This document shows positions 20,488 to 32,080 of a stretch of 64,000 bases of DNA, piece by piece (the first letter of the stretch is position 1; each line of letters begins with the position of its first letter). The notes under the pieces were generated by a model. It saw nothing but the letters and a program-made list of their open reading frames with translations. It did not search any database and was not told the origin of the DNA. The translations under genes and the position numbers were made by a program. The stretch spans positions 2,232,001 through 2,296,000 of the forward strand of contig SMSO01000025.1 in the NCBI GenBank assembly GCA_004764695.1, in the 5' to 3' direction. This stretch comes from Schizochytrium sp. TIO01 (Eukaryota; Protista; Bigyra: Labyrinthulomycetes).

Positions 20488-21573
20488 TTACTGAAGCATA
20501 CCTACAGTTGAACTAGCTGGATTAGGTTCTTCAGGAAGGTTTGGGGGGTTTATTGGCTCAAGCTTTCGTGATGTCGTTCTACGGATTCTTTCAAGAGTTG
20601 CTTGGCCTTGACGTCGGAGTGCTGCAGCCATACTTGACTTTGGTCTTCTTTTTGTAGGTGCTTCCTTAGCAACAATGTCATGCTTTTGCTCCTGCACACT
20701 TGGTGAAGCTCGTGCCCTTGGCTTGTTACGTCGCTTGAGAACTCGAGCATAGTACGCCATACGCTCTAGAACTTCCTCGTCACGACAATCTTCTACAAAA
20801 CGAGGTAGAACGTCGGTCTCCATAGTCAGGTAAGCCTCCTCAGAAGCTTTAGCGAATACATTTTGTGTCGTTAGTTGGGGTTCCTTAAGAAGGGTATTCT
20901 GTATCTCTCGTAGCGTGCCTGGTGAGACACATACCCACATTCTAGCGCCATCTTGCAAAAATGTTTCGTAAATTTTCAGAGCATCCATGATCGCACCAAC
21001 ATTACTCATTGGCAATTGATAAGAACGTGCCATGTTCATATGCATCTTTGTTAAATCAACATTGGTTGTAGCTCCTCGTGGACGCCGTACCTCTGCTTCT
21101 TCAAGAATAGCTTGCAGATTGTTGTTGGGCCTGATGTACTTATGCTTGCGGAATTTCTCTACCGCAAGATAAAAGAGAAGGTTTTCGCTCGCATGTTGGG
21201 ATTTAATAAATTGTCGGAAGGATTTAAGAAGTGAGATGTCTTGCAGTACATACTTCAGTGGGAGATGGTCAAGCATTAGCTTCAGTTCAATAATTCGTGC
21301 CCGAAGGTGCTCCTCTTGTGCAGCAGTTAACTTGGGATCCTCATCCGCACTGCCATCGCTCGTCGATGTATCCCCTTGTCTAGGATGCGAACTCCCTCCA
21401 TGAGAGCTCCCTCCAAAAGTATAGGTTCTGCTACGTTTTCGAACCCGTGCAAAACGTTGCTTTGCATCTCGTGCAGCTTCAAAAAAGATTCTGCCTCTTT
21501 GAGAAGACGAAGAACCTCTTGTAGGTGATGAAGACGATGAAAAAGACCACGGCGAGGAAGGCCCTACACCCAT
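20488..21573 (-). CDS. Regulator of G-protein signalling (RGS) domain protein
   Basis: SFRQFIKSQHASENLLFYLAVEKFR ... ALKIYETFL..GARMWVCVS ... VFAKASEEAYLTMETDVLPRF. MGVGPS fits an N-myristoylation pattern. Confidence 0.88.
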   Translation of the reverse strand: MGVGPSSPWSFSSSSSPTRGSSSSQRGRIFFEAARDAKQRFARVRKRSRTYTFGGSSHGGSSHPRQGDTSTSDGSADEDPKLTAAQEEHLRARIIELKLMLDHLPLKYVLQDISLLKSFRQFIKSQHASENLLFYLAVEKFRKHKYIRPNNNLQAILEEAEVRRPRGATTNVDLTKMHMNMARSYQLPMSNVGAIMDALKIYETFLQDGARMWVCVSPGTLREIQNTLLKEPQLTTQNVFAKASEEAYLTMETDVLPRFVEDCRDEEVLERMAYYARVLKRRNKPRARASPSVQEQKHDIVAKEAPTKRRPKSSMAAALRRQGQATLERIRRTTSRKLEPINPPNLPEEPNPASSTVGMLQ

Positions 21574-23044
21574 GGTTTCCTATATATCCAGTGAGACACC
21601 TCGTGGTGAGCTGTGAATTAGTAGATTGGTGATTGCTCGCCACTCAAGCCGACGTACACATATACAACGATGTCTGTCCTTCTATAAACGCAAAGCAAAG
21701 AGCACTAGTTAGTTATGTACTCAACCCCCCCGGAGGAGATGTGGCTACAATTTCAAGTTTTCAATTTTAATTTGAGTCGCGCTGGGGTTGTTTCCAAAGA
21801 ATCTATTATAATGTTCACCAATTTGATTTGAGTGGTGATACTCGTACTGTTACAGCCGGGTCCTCGACAAAGAACCTGGCAATGACGTTGATTGCACACC
21901 GCACAGTCACAACAGTGATCACCGTGGAAGCCACCAAAACAACAACAAAGTCCTACAACACGCTCCAAACCAAGACGCTAGACAGTTTGCCAAATGCGTA
22001 CGTCTTCGACGTTCCTCTCTCCTAACGCTGGGCAGGCAATACTTTGCAAGTCTTCAAGCCTCTGTTATTTACTGTAATATAGCACCAATGATAATGAGTG
22101 CACGCGCTCGGCCCCACTGTCTCGTTCCAAGTCTTCTTTCTTAGTAGCAATTGCGTGAAGACGTGCTGTGGCAGCGCCACGTACGCGGAAGCCCTTGAGA
22201 AGAGCCTTAGAGAGACGGAGACAACCACAACGCCCTCTTCGCGTGAGACGAGTATTCGTGAGCGGGGCGAGCAGAGGAGGAAACTCGAGCAAGTAAACAA
22301 CGAGAGAAAAGAAAAGAAAATAGCCCTGGTACTGCAATGCGCAATGTGCCAGCACGTGCACGCGACTGAGTAGATGCTGCCTTCGAAGCGGCCAGACCGG
22401 AGCAACAATAATAAGTGCGGGTTGTGAGCCGCGTCTGACCGTCGGAGGCCTCTCACCGCCCGCCCTGGAAAGAGCAGGTATAAGGATGGCAGAGGCCTTG
22501 AAGAATTGAAGTTCTCTTTCCTTCTGGTCATGCACTTTTGGCTCTCTATTCAAGTTTCCTATGTATTCTCTGGTCTCGTATTTATTTCTTTATTTCTTTT
22601 TATTTTGTGTTTTTAACTTCTTAGGGATAGGTAGGTGAGTAGGTAGAATAGTAGATAAGTGAGCTTGTGCGTGCACTTTACCGTAAGTCAGAATTAAGCA
22701 GGCAAGTGCCATCTAGCTCTCCGACAAAAGATTGTTTGGATCAGAAGATGCTTCCCCACTCGCAAGCCTCGCCTTAAGCTTTACTTCTACTACTTATCGC
22801 AGCCCAGTCTCTACCTACCGTCGTTCGATATTTTCCACGCGCAAGTTTTATTTGTATACTATAACTACTACCGTCTAGGTAGGTACTTGAAAAGAACTTG
22901 GCTGTAGAAATGAATCACCAGGTGGCTAGCTAGAGCCTAATTCTCGTAGGTTCAAGTCGAAGTTGTGTATATCGATGCTGGGAGGTTTTTCAGGCACCGT
23001 GCTCGCTCGACAGCGCTGGCCCTGTCCCATAACTACCAATCCTG

Positions 23045-23073
23045 CCATTTCCATTTCCATTTCCATTTCCATT
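23045..23073 (+). repeat. (CCATTT)n microsatellite
   Basis: About 5 tandem copies visible. Confidence 0.8.
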
Positions 23074-25128
23074 CTCATTCCCCATTCTTGTTTTCCATTC
23101 TCATTAAAGAAGTTAAAGAACTTAGCCTCTACCAACAATGCTACGCCCTTCGAGTTCACATGACTTGGACTTGCATGCTAATTTACCATCTTTCTACCAC
23201 CATTTCCTGAAAACCCTCCCGCGACTTCCATTCTGCCTGCACAACTCTTCGCCACGCGGCAGAAGAGACACGGTTCACCCGCTTTCAGCATGACCTTTGC
23301 CCAGCTCAGATCCTACACTCCAAGCGCCGGGCAGCCTCAATCGATGCGATATAGAAGAAAGAAATCCCGAATGGCTGAGGAAATAAAGAATGTGTGCGAA
23401 AATTGCGTGAAGACTGTCTTTGTTGACAATGGTAAGTTATTATGGTGAAGCTCGTCTTCTGTGGCGCCAAAGTGGAGCTCGATTGTCTCTAGTAGAGTGT
23501 CCTTCAGAACTTGAAGCAGAACAGTTTGCTTGCAGCTTTCTCTCATGAAGATTGGGATAACTTGCACGCTAATCACTGGCCTTTAACCTTTTCTGGACTA
23601 TAATGGCTGCACAAAAGCAGCGATGAAACTCCCGCTTCGTCCTTGAGATCCATCCTTACTCGCATGTCTGGAATTGAGGCAAAACCGAAGAGTTTTAGCC
23701 TTGCTTCTCAAATGCTTGTAATCATGAAAGGCACTGCCGAGATCTTTGTTCGTGAAGTTGGGAGCCAGGTCATGAGAACTTAGCGAAGCTGTGCGCCCAC
23801 CTTCCCAACGCGCGCTAGCTGGAGCTCAGGGACCTGCTGCAGATACACACCGTCACCGCCATCGTCATCGTCACCATCGCCATGGCACTAGGTTCCTAGA
23901 AAACGCCAATGCTGTATCGGAACCAGCAAGCAAGGTTCAAGTTGATGGATACTCGCTATCGAGGCCATTTCTAGCATTCTGTGGGACATAGAACAAATCT
24001 TCAACAAAGAATTTTGAGATTAGATGTGTGGGCGAGCACGTATGATAGTCTCGTGCACATAGGAATGAAAAATTGCAAATAAAGGTCAAGGGTATGCCTC
24101 TGGTTCTTTTCGCGTGGGATTTGTATATGATAAGGAATTTAGTAGCTTGGTATTTCCCAAATTCACAAACAATTCTTAGCTAACAACAGATTATTCGTGT
24201 CTGTTAAACTCCCTGATGCGATTGGCAGCATATGCATGGTGGTAAATTGCAGTGCACTAGGTAGTCTCAGAGCGAGCGATTGTATTGATTGGTGATGATT
24301 AGAAAGTCACACCAAACATCACGAAGATAAGTGGCTCTGTTGGTTAGTAATTGCCAGAGGACTGATGATACTCATGACATGGGTAAAACGATGTATTAAC
24401 AACAGACTTTGCACTACCTCAATGAAAGTAAAACCTGACCTGTTAAGTTTTTTTGGTTTTTTGTTTTCTAAACAGAACTTGAACACGAATGGCCGATGTT
24501 GTTAATGTTCTAGTTAGAAAAGCGTCGCAGAATCATAACTTCTTGGATTATACTGAATGATTGGAGTTTAAACTTACGTTCTTAATTAAAAGACGATTGA
24601 TATGAGTTATCTCTGACTAGTACTACTCTATGTGGCAGCTATTTCATTAAAAATAAAATATGAATAAAAATCTGTTACTATTATTTCTGTATTCTTGAGT
24701 TTTTTCTCTCAAAGACAAGCATTCGAAAAAACTTGTTTGAGCTGTTCAACATTTGTGACTTTCTACCACAACTTTACAATTCACAAAGGTACAACTGATT
24801 GATTTTTACGAGTCCAGCAACCAAACCATTGATAGTAAGTAACATTACAAAAAATAAAAACAAACAAAAATAGGAATAATAAGATTTTTGCCGCCTAATA
24901 GTATATAGGAAAGTACTACCCACTTACCTCAGTGTTTCTGGATAGATTTATGGATTTGGGTTGTTTACAGTTGAAACCAGTCATGCGGAACCGCGCTCCT
25001 CGACTTCAAGCTCGCTAAGCAGCAATACTCGATCTAAACCATCTCGCCCTACGCAAATTAAAAGCGATTTGGCAGATCATATAATACTTGAAGGATACAG
25101 AAATCGTCGGCAGACAAAGTCAGCGAAG

Positions 25129-25548
25129 ATGGCACAGGTCAAACGAGAGATGGAGGCTTCTAGCGAGGCTCCGGGCGGCAAGCGTGCGAAGACGTCAAGC
25201 GTCGGCTTGACTGAAGATCGCCTCAAAACCTTGGAGGCAGACCTCACCAAGGTTATTAAATTCGCTCGTGAATTTGCTGCGGATCAATCTGAGATTAAAT
25301 CAGAGGCAGGGGAAGAGGTTAAGTTAGAGAAGAATGCCGAAGGCGAAAGCTTCATTGCATGCTCCAAAGCTAAGCGTATTACAGTTCGCAAATTTAAGAG
25401 CAGCAAGTTCGTGGACATTCGTGAGTTCTACGAGGCTGGCGGCGAAATGAAACCCGGCAAGAAGGGCATCACATTGAAGGTTGAGGAGCTCCAGCTGCTT
25501 AAGAAGGCGCTCCCTGCCATCGAAAAGGCCTTGGAGGAGCTCAAGTAA
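25129..25548 (+). CDS. SUB1: Transcriptional coactivator p15/PC4 (SUB1-like)
   Basis: KRITVRKFKSSKFVDIREFYEAGGEMKPGKKGITL is the PC4 ssDNA-binding domain. First in-frame ATG at 25129. Confidence 0.9.
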   Translation: MAQVKREMEASSEAPGGKRAKTSSVGLTEDRLKTLEADLTKVIKFAREFAADQSEIKSEAGEEVKLEKNAEGESFIACSKAKRITVRKFKSSKFVDIREFYEAGGEMKPGKKGITLKVEELQLLKKALPAIEKALEELK

Positions 25549-25849
25549 ATCTTGATGCTCTCGAGATCAAACTTCAAAATTCCCACCAAACAAGGCTCCT
25601 TTTTTAATGACCTTGTCCATACGAGAGACACATGAAGCACGCCTCTCCATTACCGTCGTAGTATAAAAAGGTTTAACAAGTTATTTGATATCCGAGTTTA
25701 CAAAGATTTTACATAAGCTACTTAAACAATCACCTTCACAACTGGGATAGCCTAGTTCATACTAGCCATGTGCACATAAACAGCTACTCGACTGTGCTAA
25801 AAAAGAAGCCTGTTTAAGGCTCCTGTCTATCAATTTTAATACGATACTG

Positions 25850-27154
25850 TCAAAACATATTAATTTCAGCATCATTGGTTTGTGACCACACCACCATGAA
25901 CCACAGCTTTTTTTCCACTTGTTTCACTATTCTAGATTGTTGTGGAGCTTGGTTGAATGTCCACCACAAATCAAGCAGAGCATCAACGACAAAATCTCCT
26001 GGATATTGCCAAAGCGCTTGCACATCAACAAGTTGTTGCTCAAAGTTCGCAAACAAAGGTGCAGGTACATTTCCCTCATACCTATCTTCCTCTTTCATCA
26101 GAAATTGTGCGCTGGGGACTCGCCTTGCAATCGTACTCGCTATGTTTTCCCTCTTTGCCAGTCCTTGATAGTGAGCCCCAAAATCGAGAAGAACCTGTTC
26201 CATCACTTCCGGTGAGAAACGCTCACCTCTAAGGATACTGGAATAATTTGCGAGCTCTCTAAGCACGTCTTCGCGATTTTCTGTTGACCAATGCCCGTTA
26301 AAAAGTCGAAGCACATGCACATAAGAAAGAAGTACGCTACTCACATGAAAGACAAACGAAGGAGAAATATGTGCAGGGGCGCCAATCGAAGCCAATGTAT
26401 CGTCACGACTTTTTCTGAAAATCTCTGCTCGATCATCTTGGCTCATGTCGTGGCCAAACCATACAGCCGGTGCACGCCAATAATTTGAAGAGTCAACGTT
26501 AAGCTCCTCATTTCCCATATCCCATACGAGCCTTTTAGAAACGCGAGTTTGGCGAACCTTTGTGTATTCTGGTAGGGAGAACGTCCACCAAGGAATATAT
26601 GGGCGATGCTGCTCATTTATTGAGAATACCCCAGAGGAAGTCAGCTGCGCATGGAAGCTCGAAAGGTCTTCTCCTGTCATTGCAGCTTCAAGTTCAGAAA
26701 CAGAAGCTTTCGCAATAGCTTCTTCAGAAAGTTCTGAGACGTTTAGCACCTGCTTTAAGCGCTCCTCGAGTTCATCAAGATTCCCAGCCGAGTTGTCATC
26801 ATCTCTATCACAACTCTTATCCTCGTTGGCATCGGTTGCACCATTCGCAAGAACTTTGGCAAAAGCTCCTTCCACTGCAAGTCGCTCACGAGCTCGATCT
26901 TTAGATACTGTAAACAAACGTTGAGAGTCTTGACTGGACTCAACCGCATCCTTCTGAATCTTTTCTTTCTCACGAGCCTTGAGTTCTTCCTCCACCTGCT
27001 CCTTGAAAAAGGCCTCAGTGCAAGAGCCTCCGCCGTGTTGCCTGTAGCACTGGATCCCACAATATGAAATGCCGCAACGTGGACATCGGTAGGAAGCCCC
27101 AGAGCTCTTACATACTGTACAATTCTCTAGCGCAGCCTGACTCACACCCAGCAT
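25850..27154 (-). CDS. Zinc finger HIT domain protein, ZNHIT2-like
   Basis: CTVC...YRCPRCGISYCGIQCYRQH..CTEAFFKEQV zf-HIT; PWW, LLSYVHVLRLFNG and KKLWF motifs. ATG at 27154. Confidence 0.85.
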   Translation of the reverse strand: MLGVSQAALENCTVCKSSGASYRCPRCGISYCGIQCYRQHGGGSCTEAFFKEQVEEELKAREKEKIQKDAVESSQDSQRLFTVSKDRARERLAVEGAFAKVLANGATDANEDKSCDRDDDNSAGNLDELEERLKQVLNVSELSEEAIAKASVSELEAAMTGEDLSSFHAQLTSSGVFSINEQHRPYIPWWTFSLPEYTKVRQTRVSKRLVWDMGNEELNVDSSNYWRAPAVWFGHDMSQDDRAEIFRKSRDDTLASIGAPAHISPSFVFHVSSVLLSYVHVLRLFNGHWSTENREDVLRELANYSSILRGERFSPEVMEQVLLDFGAHYQGLAKRENIASTIARRVPSAQFLMKEEDRYEGNVPAPLFANFEQQLVDVQALWQYPGDFVVDALLDLWWTFNQAPQQSRIVKQVEKKLWFMVVWSQTNDAEINMF

Positions 27155-27793
27155 GACTGCCCGGATTGCGCAAACCAATGACAGTAGAAGCGGATTTCCC
27201 ACAAAGGTTTAGTGTATGCGCAGGTCAAGCAAGCCATTGATTGAGACTCTCTCAAATGCAATATCATGCATAGTGTTTTTAGTATTGCCCAACCCTATAG
27301 ATAAGATGGTCAACATTTACCAAGGTGATGGAAAGCGCTAAGCAGAGTCTTGGTATGATCTTTCAAGCGAAGGTGTCTCATAGAACAAGGTGAAGCATAG
27401 CGTTGATCGACTAATAAATGTAATCTTTCAAAAGGAAGTATTCAAAGTGGTCTTCAGATGATGGCTGTGGTCGAAGAGAAAATAGGGTACACGCAAGAAA
27501 ATCCACGACGCATTTCTCAACTTCTGCATATAATCATTATTCATAATTTTTTTCATTTTTTAAAAGTCAATACTTAGGATTATGTAGATACGTAAAAGGT
27601 TTCGTTTGTATGAAGACGGTTTAATTTTGATTTGCACAAGATGCCAACAAGAAGATGATTTTGTGCAAAAACAGGAGCTAAAACTGTTTTCTGCTGTAGG
27701 TCAGGTTTCGTCCTACCCTACAGCTCTGACAGCGAGCCTCTAATGGGGTGTACGAAAAGCAGTCAAGATAGTAGGAACATGGGCAGTTAAGAC

Positions 27794-29431
27794 TTAGCGG
27801 CCAAGAGCGTTCGCAACGAACTTGGAAATGGTCTCGTAGCTCATGAAAATTACACCCTGGCCGGGTACGACGCGGCTGAGACGGGGCAACGTACCCTTCC
27901 ATAGTGCCATGAAACCCTCCTTCTGGATGACCTGACGGAAGCAATCAACGAATCCATTGTACTCAGAAGCATGGAGACCCTGCATGCGGGACTTGACCAT
28001 GTCAAAAGGCTGTTGGAAGTAGTCATGAAACACCAATATTTTTGTTGTTTGAACAGAATGAAATGTTAGGCATTTGGTGTCACGAGGTCAATATTTAGAG
28101 CCACAATGTTAAAAAAGGGCAAACATTTTGAAGCTTGGCATATCAAAGAATACATTCTTTGAGATTACCCAGTCAAGCATTTGCTATTAAAACTTACGTT
28201 GTTGCAGACAGTAGAGAAGCAGCCACTGAGCATACCACCGCAGAGAGCCTCAAAAGCAGAGAGGTTGCGCTTAGGGTCATCACGGGTCATGAAGGCCTTG
28301 TACTGTCCAAAAGCCATGAAGCGAAGACCTTGGTTGCTAGATTGCTTGCCAACCGTTGCCAAAGCGCCCTTGTAGATACCACCGATGCCTTCAGTCTTCA
28401 GAATGTGCATGGTACCAGTGGCGAAGCCCTTGTTACTGTGGATAAGCTTAGTCTTCAAAGTTTCGATGGGGGTTACAGCAATCACAGCTTCGGCAGCGCC
28501 TGCAACAGTACCGGCAGCAAGAGTGCGAAGAGGGGTGGTGGAGCCATCTTCACGGCGAAGAATTCCATCCATGTAGTTAAATCCACCAAAGCGGATACCG
28601 GCCTTTGGGATGCTGCCAATGACCACAGGCAGGAGGCCACGGTAGAGACCGCCAGGGCCTGTGTATTAAATGTTCATGAATTAGCATAAAGTCATCCGAA
28701 TATTTTCCATCAATTTCGCAACAGTCCGACACCGACCCGATTGCCAGAAGTATAGTCATACAGATTTCCACGCAGGAATTCAAGTTAAGTCAGTCTTTCC
28801 TGTCATATGATATCCCGTCCTCTGTTCACAGAGTGTCCCCCGCCTATTTCCATTCTTGTGCTTCATTTCATCAACGGATCCCAATTGCGCTCCATGGAGA
28901 GCTTCTTGAGAATTATCCGAAGCTTATCTATTCTTTGTTTCATTTAAAAAAAGGGAGATATGCCGCTGATAGAGATGGAGGATTGATAACGCGATGAAAA
29001 AGGTACGTATCCAGACTCCTCGATTCGTCTGGGATATATTTCATCCCATTCCACACAGTCTATCAGTCATGAATTGAACCCTATGAAAACATGACTTAAA
29101 AGGAAACGAAAGCGGCGAAACCGAAAAAGGATCTCTTGTTCTTCTTGTTCTTCTTCTTCCCGCCTTGCCAAGATATGCGTTTTGTATTCACGTGAACCCC
29201 TTTGAGCAGAGCGGTCTTGCTTCTGCAAGACTCCCTCTGTTGGATAGTCTACTTACCGCTCTCTGCGACAGTTTGGCGAGCGCAATCCACCATGCCCTTG
29301 TAGCGGTTGGCCTTATCGAGCTGGAGCTGCGTCTTGGTGAACTCCATGGGCCAGACCACGCAAGTCTCCACCACGCCGGCGAGGGCACCGCTGAGGGTAG
29401 CGACAACGGGATCCTTGGACTTCTTCGACAT
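27794..29431 (-). CDS. Mitochondrial citrate/tricarboxylate carrier (SLC25A1/CTP1-like), 3 exons, about 283 aa
   Basis: Exons 29431-29257, 28658-28198 and 28009-27794, joined by GTAAGT...CAG introns (598 and 188 bp) with consistent phase. Three Px[DE]xxK motifs (PMEFTK, PIETLK, PFDMVK). GSIPKAGIRF, KQSSNQGLRF and KGTLPRLSRV match citrate-carrier signatures. Confidence 0.92.
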
Positions 29432-30467
29432 TCTGGCAAGATCCGCAGAGGCCTGTCAAGTTTCTATGGAGCGTGCAGTTAGTGGTCTGTCGCGTCGTCA
29501 GGTCTTTGGCTTCGCTACTTGAGCGCGAAATCATTACTCGATTAAATCGATTTTAGAAAACACTAAACCCAGAGACTCCTAGTATAACTACTATCCTTCG
29601 TGGTAGTTAAATCCAAGCCAAAACAACTTTGCACTACCAACAGGCTTTTCCTTTCTTCTTTCTTGAAGTTCTTTCTTCTTAAATAAAAATTTAACTTTAA
29701 TTAGAAGAAGAAAAAAATTGTCTTTAAAAAAGTACGTAATCTTTGCAAGAAAAGTTTTTTCGAAAATGATGAAAGTAAACTAAAATTACCAAACTTTGAA
29801 ACAATTATAGAAGTACCTGGAGGTGTGTCAAAACAAAGTTCTCCCCTTGGTTTGCGGTGCCCTGTTTTAGGATCTATATCCCGAGCGGTTTCTCGTGTCA
29901 TTCAGATAGCCCTACTTCACAGGCTACTCACTTGCTTGCTTGCTTGTTTGCTTGCTACCTGCCCAGTACTTTAAGTAGATGCAGGTTTCGTTTGTTTAGG
30001 TCGTCGGCCTATTCGTCGCTTCTTTTTACAAACGAACAAACAAAAACCATAAATTGGCAGCGGCTGAAAAGGTTTCTGTGTTGTGCTGCTTATTCGGCTG
30101 AATAAATAAATGAATAACTTGAGTTGAGTCATCCTCGCCGCTTTGGCGTCTATGCTGTACTGTACCTAAGTAAGTCTTGTTCGCATTGAGCGATAGATCA
30201 CAAGCTGTGGATACCGTGGACATTGTGGTGAACCTGCGCTGTGGTCGATTTCGAGGGTAGAGAGAGATCTTGCTCCCAAGGAGGAGACAGGCCTGATCGC
30301 GCAGGACTCGTGGCCTTAACCCCTTGGACAGAGCCAACCAAAATCACCTCCAGTTGATCTTGTTGAAAAAACGAAGAAGGTGCTGCTGCTGGCGATGAGC
30401 AATATGATGACGAGCATCATCATCGATGCAGTGTGGGATTATGGGCAAAACATATGTGATGGTGATG

Positions 30468-30646
30468 GATGAGGATGAGAATGAGGATGAGGATGAGGAT
30501 GAGGAAGAAGATTATGATGGTAGTAGGCGATGCAAAGCAATGCAATACAAAGCAATGCAATGCAATGCAATGCAATGCAAAGAATGCAATGTCATGCAAT
30601 TTAAGGTAATACAAAGCAATGCAATGCAATGCAATGCAATACAATG
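30468..30646 (+). repeat. (GATGAG)n followed by (AATGC)n microsatellites
   Basis: gatgaggatgag... at 30468-30504; gcaatgcaatgc... at 30529-30646. Confidence 0.9.
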
Positions 30647-30830
30647 TAATGACGAATGAAGCTTGAGGTTTGTTTTCCTTACTTCCTTCTCGCGCACTTC
30701 CACGACAAGAACCACACAACAGCAGCAGCGAACAACTTGGAGCGCAGCACTCTTGATGATGAATGATCACAAGATTCCATACATAACCTTGTCAACACCG
30801 GCATCGTGGCCTCCACAAGGCATCTTGCAA

Positions 30831-31347
30831 CTAGCTAGCTAGCTATCTAGCCAGCCAGCCAGCCAGCCCCAGCTACAAGTGCATGTGCTCGAGGGTGTCT
30901 TCATGCGTCGATGCGAGATTGTCGCAAAGGGCTACGTTTCGGCAGGCCGTCAGTCAGTGAGTCAAACTTGAGACGGCTTGGAGGACTTTGCATGAGGAAT
31001 CGATCGTCAGTCATGAAAGAGGTGAGTGAGTGAGTGAGTGAGGAAGTAAGGAAATGAAATGCCATTTAGAGCTCGCTCCAGGAACTGTACGCGGCCCCGA
31101 CGGCGCTGACTGCCACGAGAACGGAGGTTATCTTTGCCCGTTTCTCCGACATACACCACCTCTGTCTGGCACATTACAGCTGCTCGCCACACTTGTTGGG
31201 CAGGCAGGCTGACGAAGATCCTGCGAGCTACCGCTGAGCAGGATTGAACATAGTGGCGTTATTGACGACGGACTCCGGCATCGACGAGGAATCAGCAGCA
31301 ATCATCAAGACAGTCGAGACGCCAGGCCACGCCACGCCACGCCACGC
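30831..31347 (+). repeat. Short SSR cluster: (CTAG)n/(CCAG)n, (GTGA)n, (GCCAC)n
   Basis: Runs at 30831-30868, 31022-31041 and 31326-31347. Confidence 0.8.
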
Positions 31348-31742
31348 CAGAACAGATATATTACTGCTCCGTGAGCATGCTCCGTGAGCAGCGTCCATGG
31401 AGGGGATGATCAGCATGAGGCAATCAATGCATGAATCCAAACGAGAAGCGGCAGACAGCCACAACTCGTACACCTCGAACTTGTACTAAAGCGTGAATCG
31501 CAAAATGTAATGCAATCTTGAAGTCCACTCGCTCACAAAGGCTGGCTTGCGAGGAGCAAAAGCCGCGACAAAGGCGCGAGGAGGTAGGTGCCTGCCTCTC
31601 GTGCAGCGAAGCCGAAGCGGCTCGGGCATGGCTCTCCGCCAGAAGTTAGTTGGCTCCACGCGCTGAGACTTGCTTGCTGCAAGTGAGAGCCGCGAACGGG
31701 AAAGGACGCTCGGCGAGGAGTAAAATCGGGGCTTCACTTCAC

Positions 31743-31796
31743 AAAAAGAAAAAGAAAAAGAAAAAGAAAAAGAAAAAGAAAAAGAAAAAGAAAAAG
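31743..31796 (+). repeat. (AAAAAG)9 microsatellite
   Basis: Nine perfect hexamer copies. Confidence 0.95.
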
Positions 31797-32060
31797 ACAT
31801 CCATTGCCTTATTAGCGAGCGAGCGAGCTCTACCTCACAGTTTGCGGCATCATCATGATCTCACGATCTCTGGTCGCAGCAACAAGCTGGCCTTGAAGAT
31901 TATTGGCGTGGCCAGTGAATGCGAGGTGTAACTAGCCAGCTATGGCCAGCTAGCTGGAGGAGATGCAGTTGATCGGGGTGTCTTACGCTCCCGTCGCAAA
32001 GGTTCTGTTTGATGGTGCCAAGAATCGCAATGTACGATCGTTATTTTTATTTTATTTTTA

Positions 32061-32080
32061 ATATATATATATATATATAT
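32061..32080. repeat. (AT)10 microsatellite
   Basis: Directly visible. Confidence 0.9.

Noticed and set aside
21753-22553. Overlapping 65-169 aa ORFs upstream of the RGS gene
   Set aside because: Compositionally non-coding. More likely 5' leader/intron, given a minus-strand CTAAT...CAG acceptor at about 21611.
30420-30770. ORFs with MQCNA / LHCIA repeats
   Set aside because: Translations of the (AATGC)n microsatellite.
31486-31931. Poly-Lys and SFSFSF ORFs
   Set aside because: Translations of the (AAAAAG)9 microsatellite.
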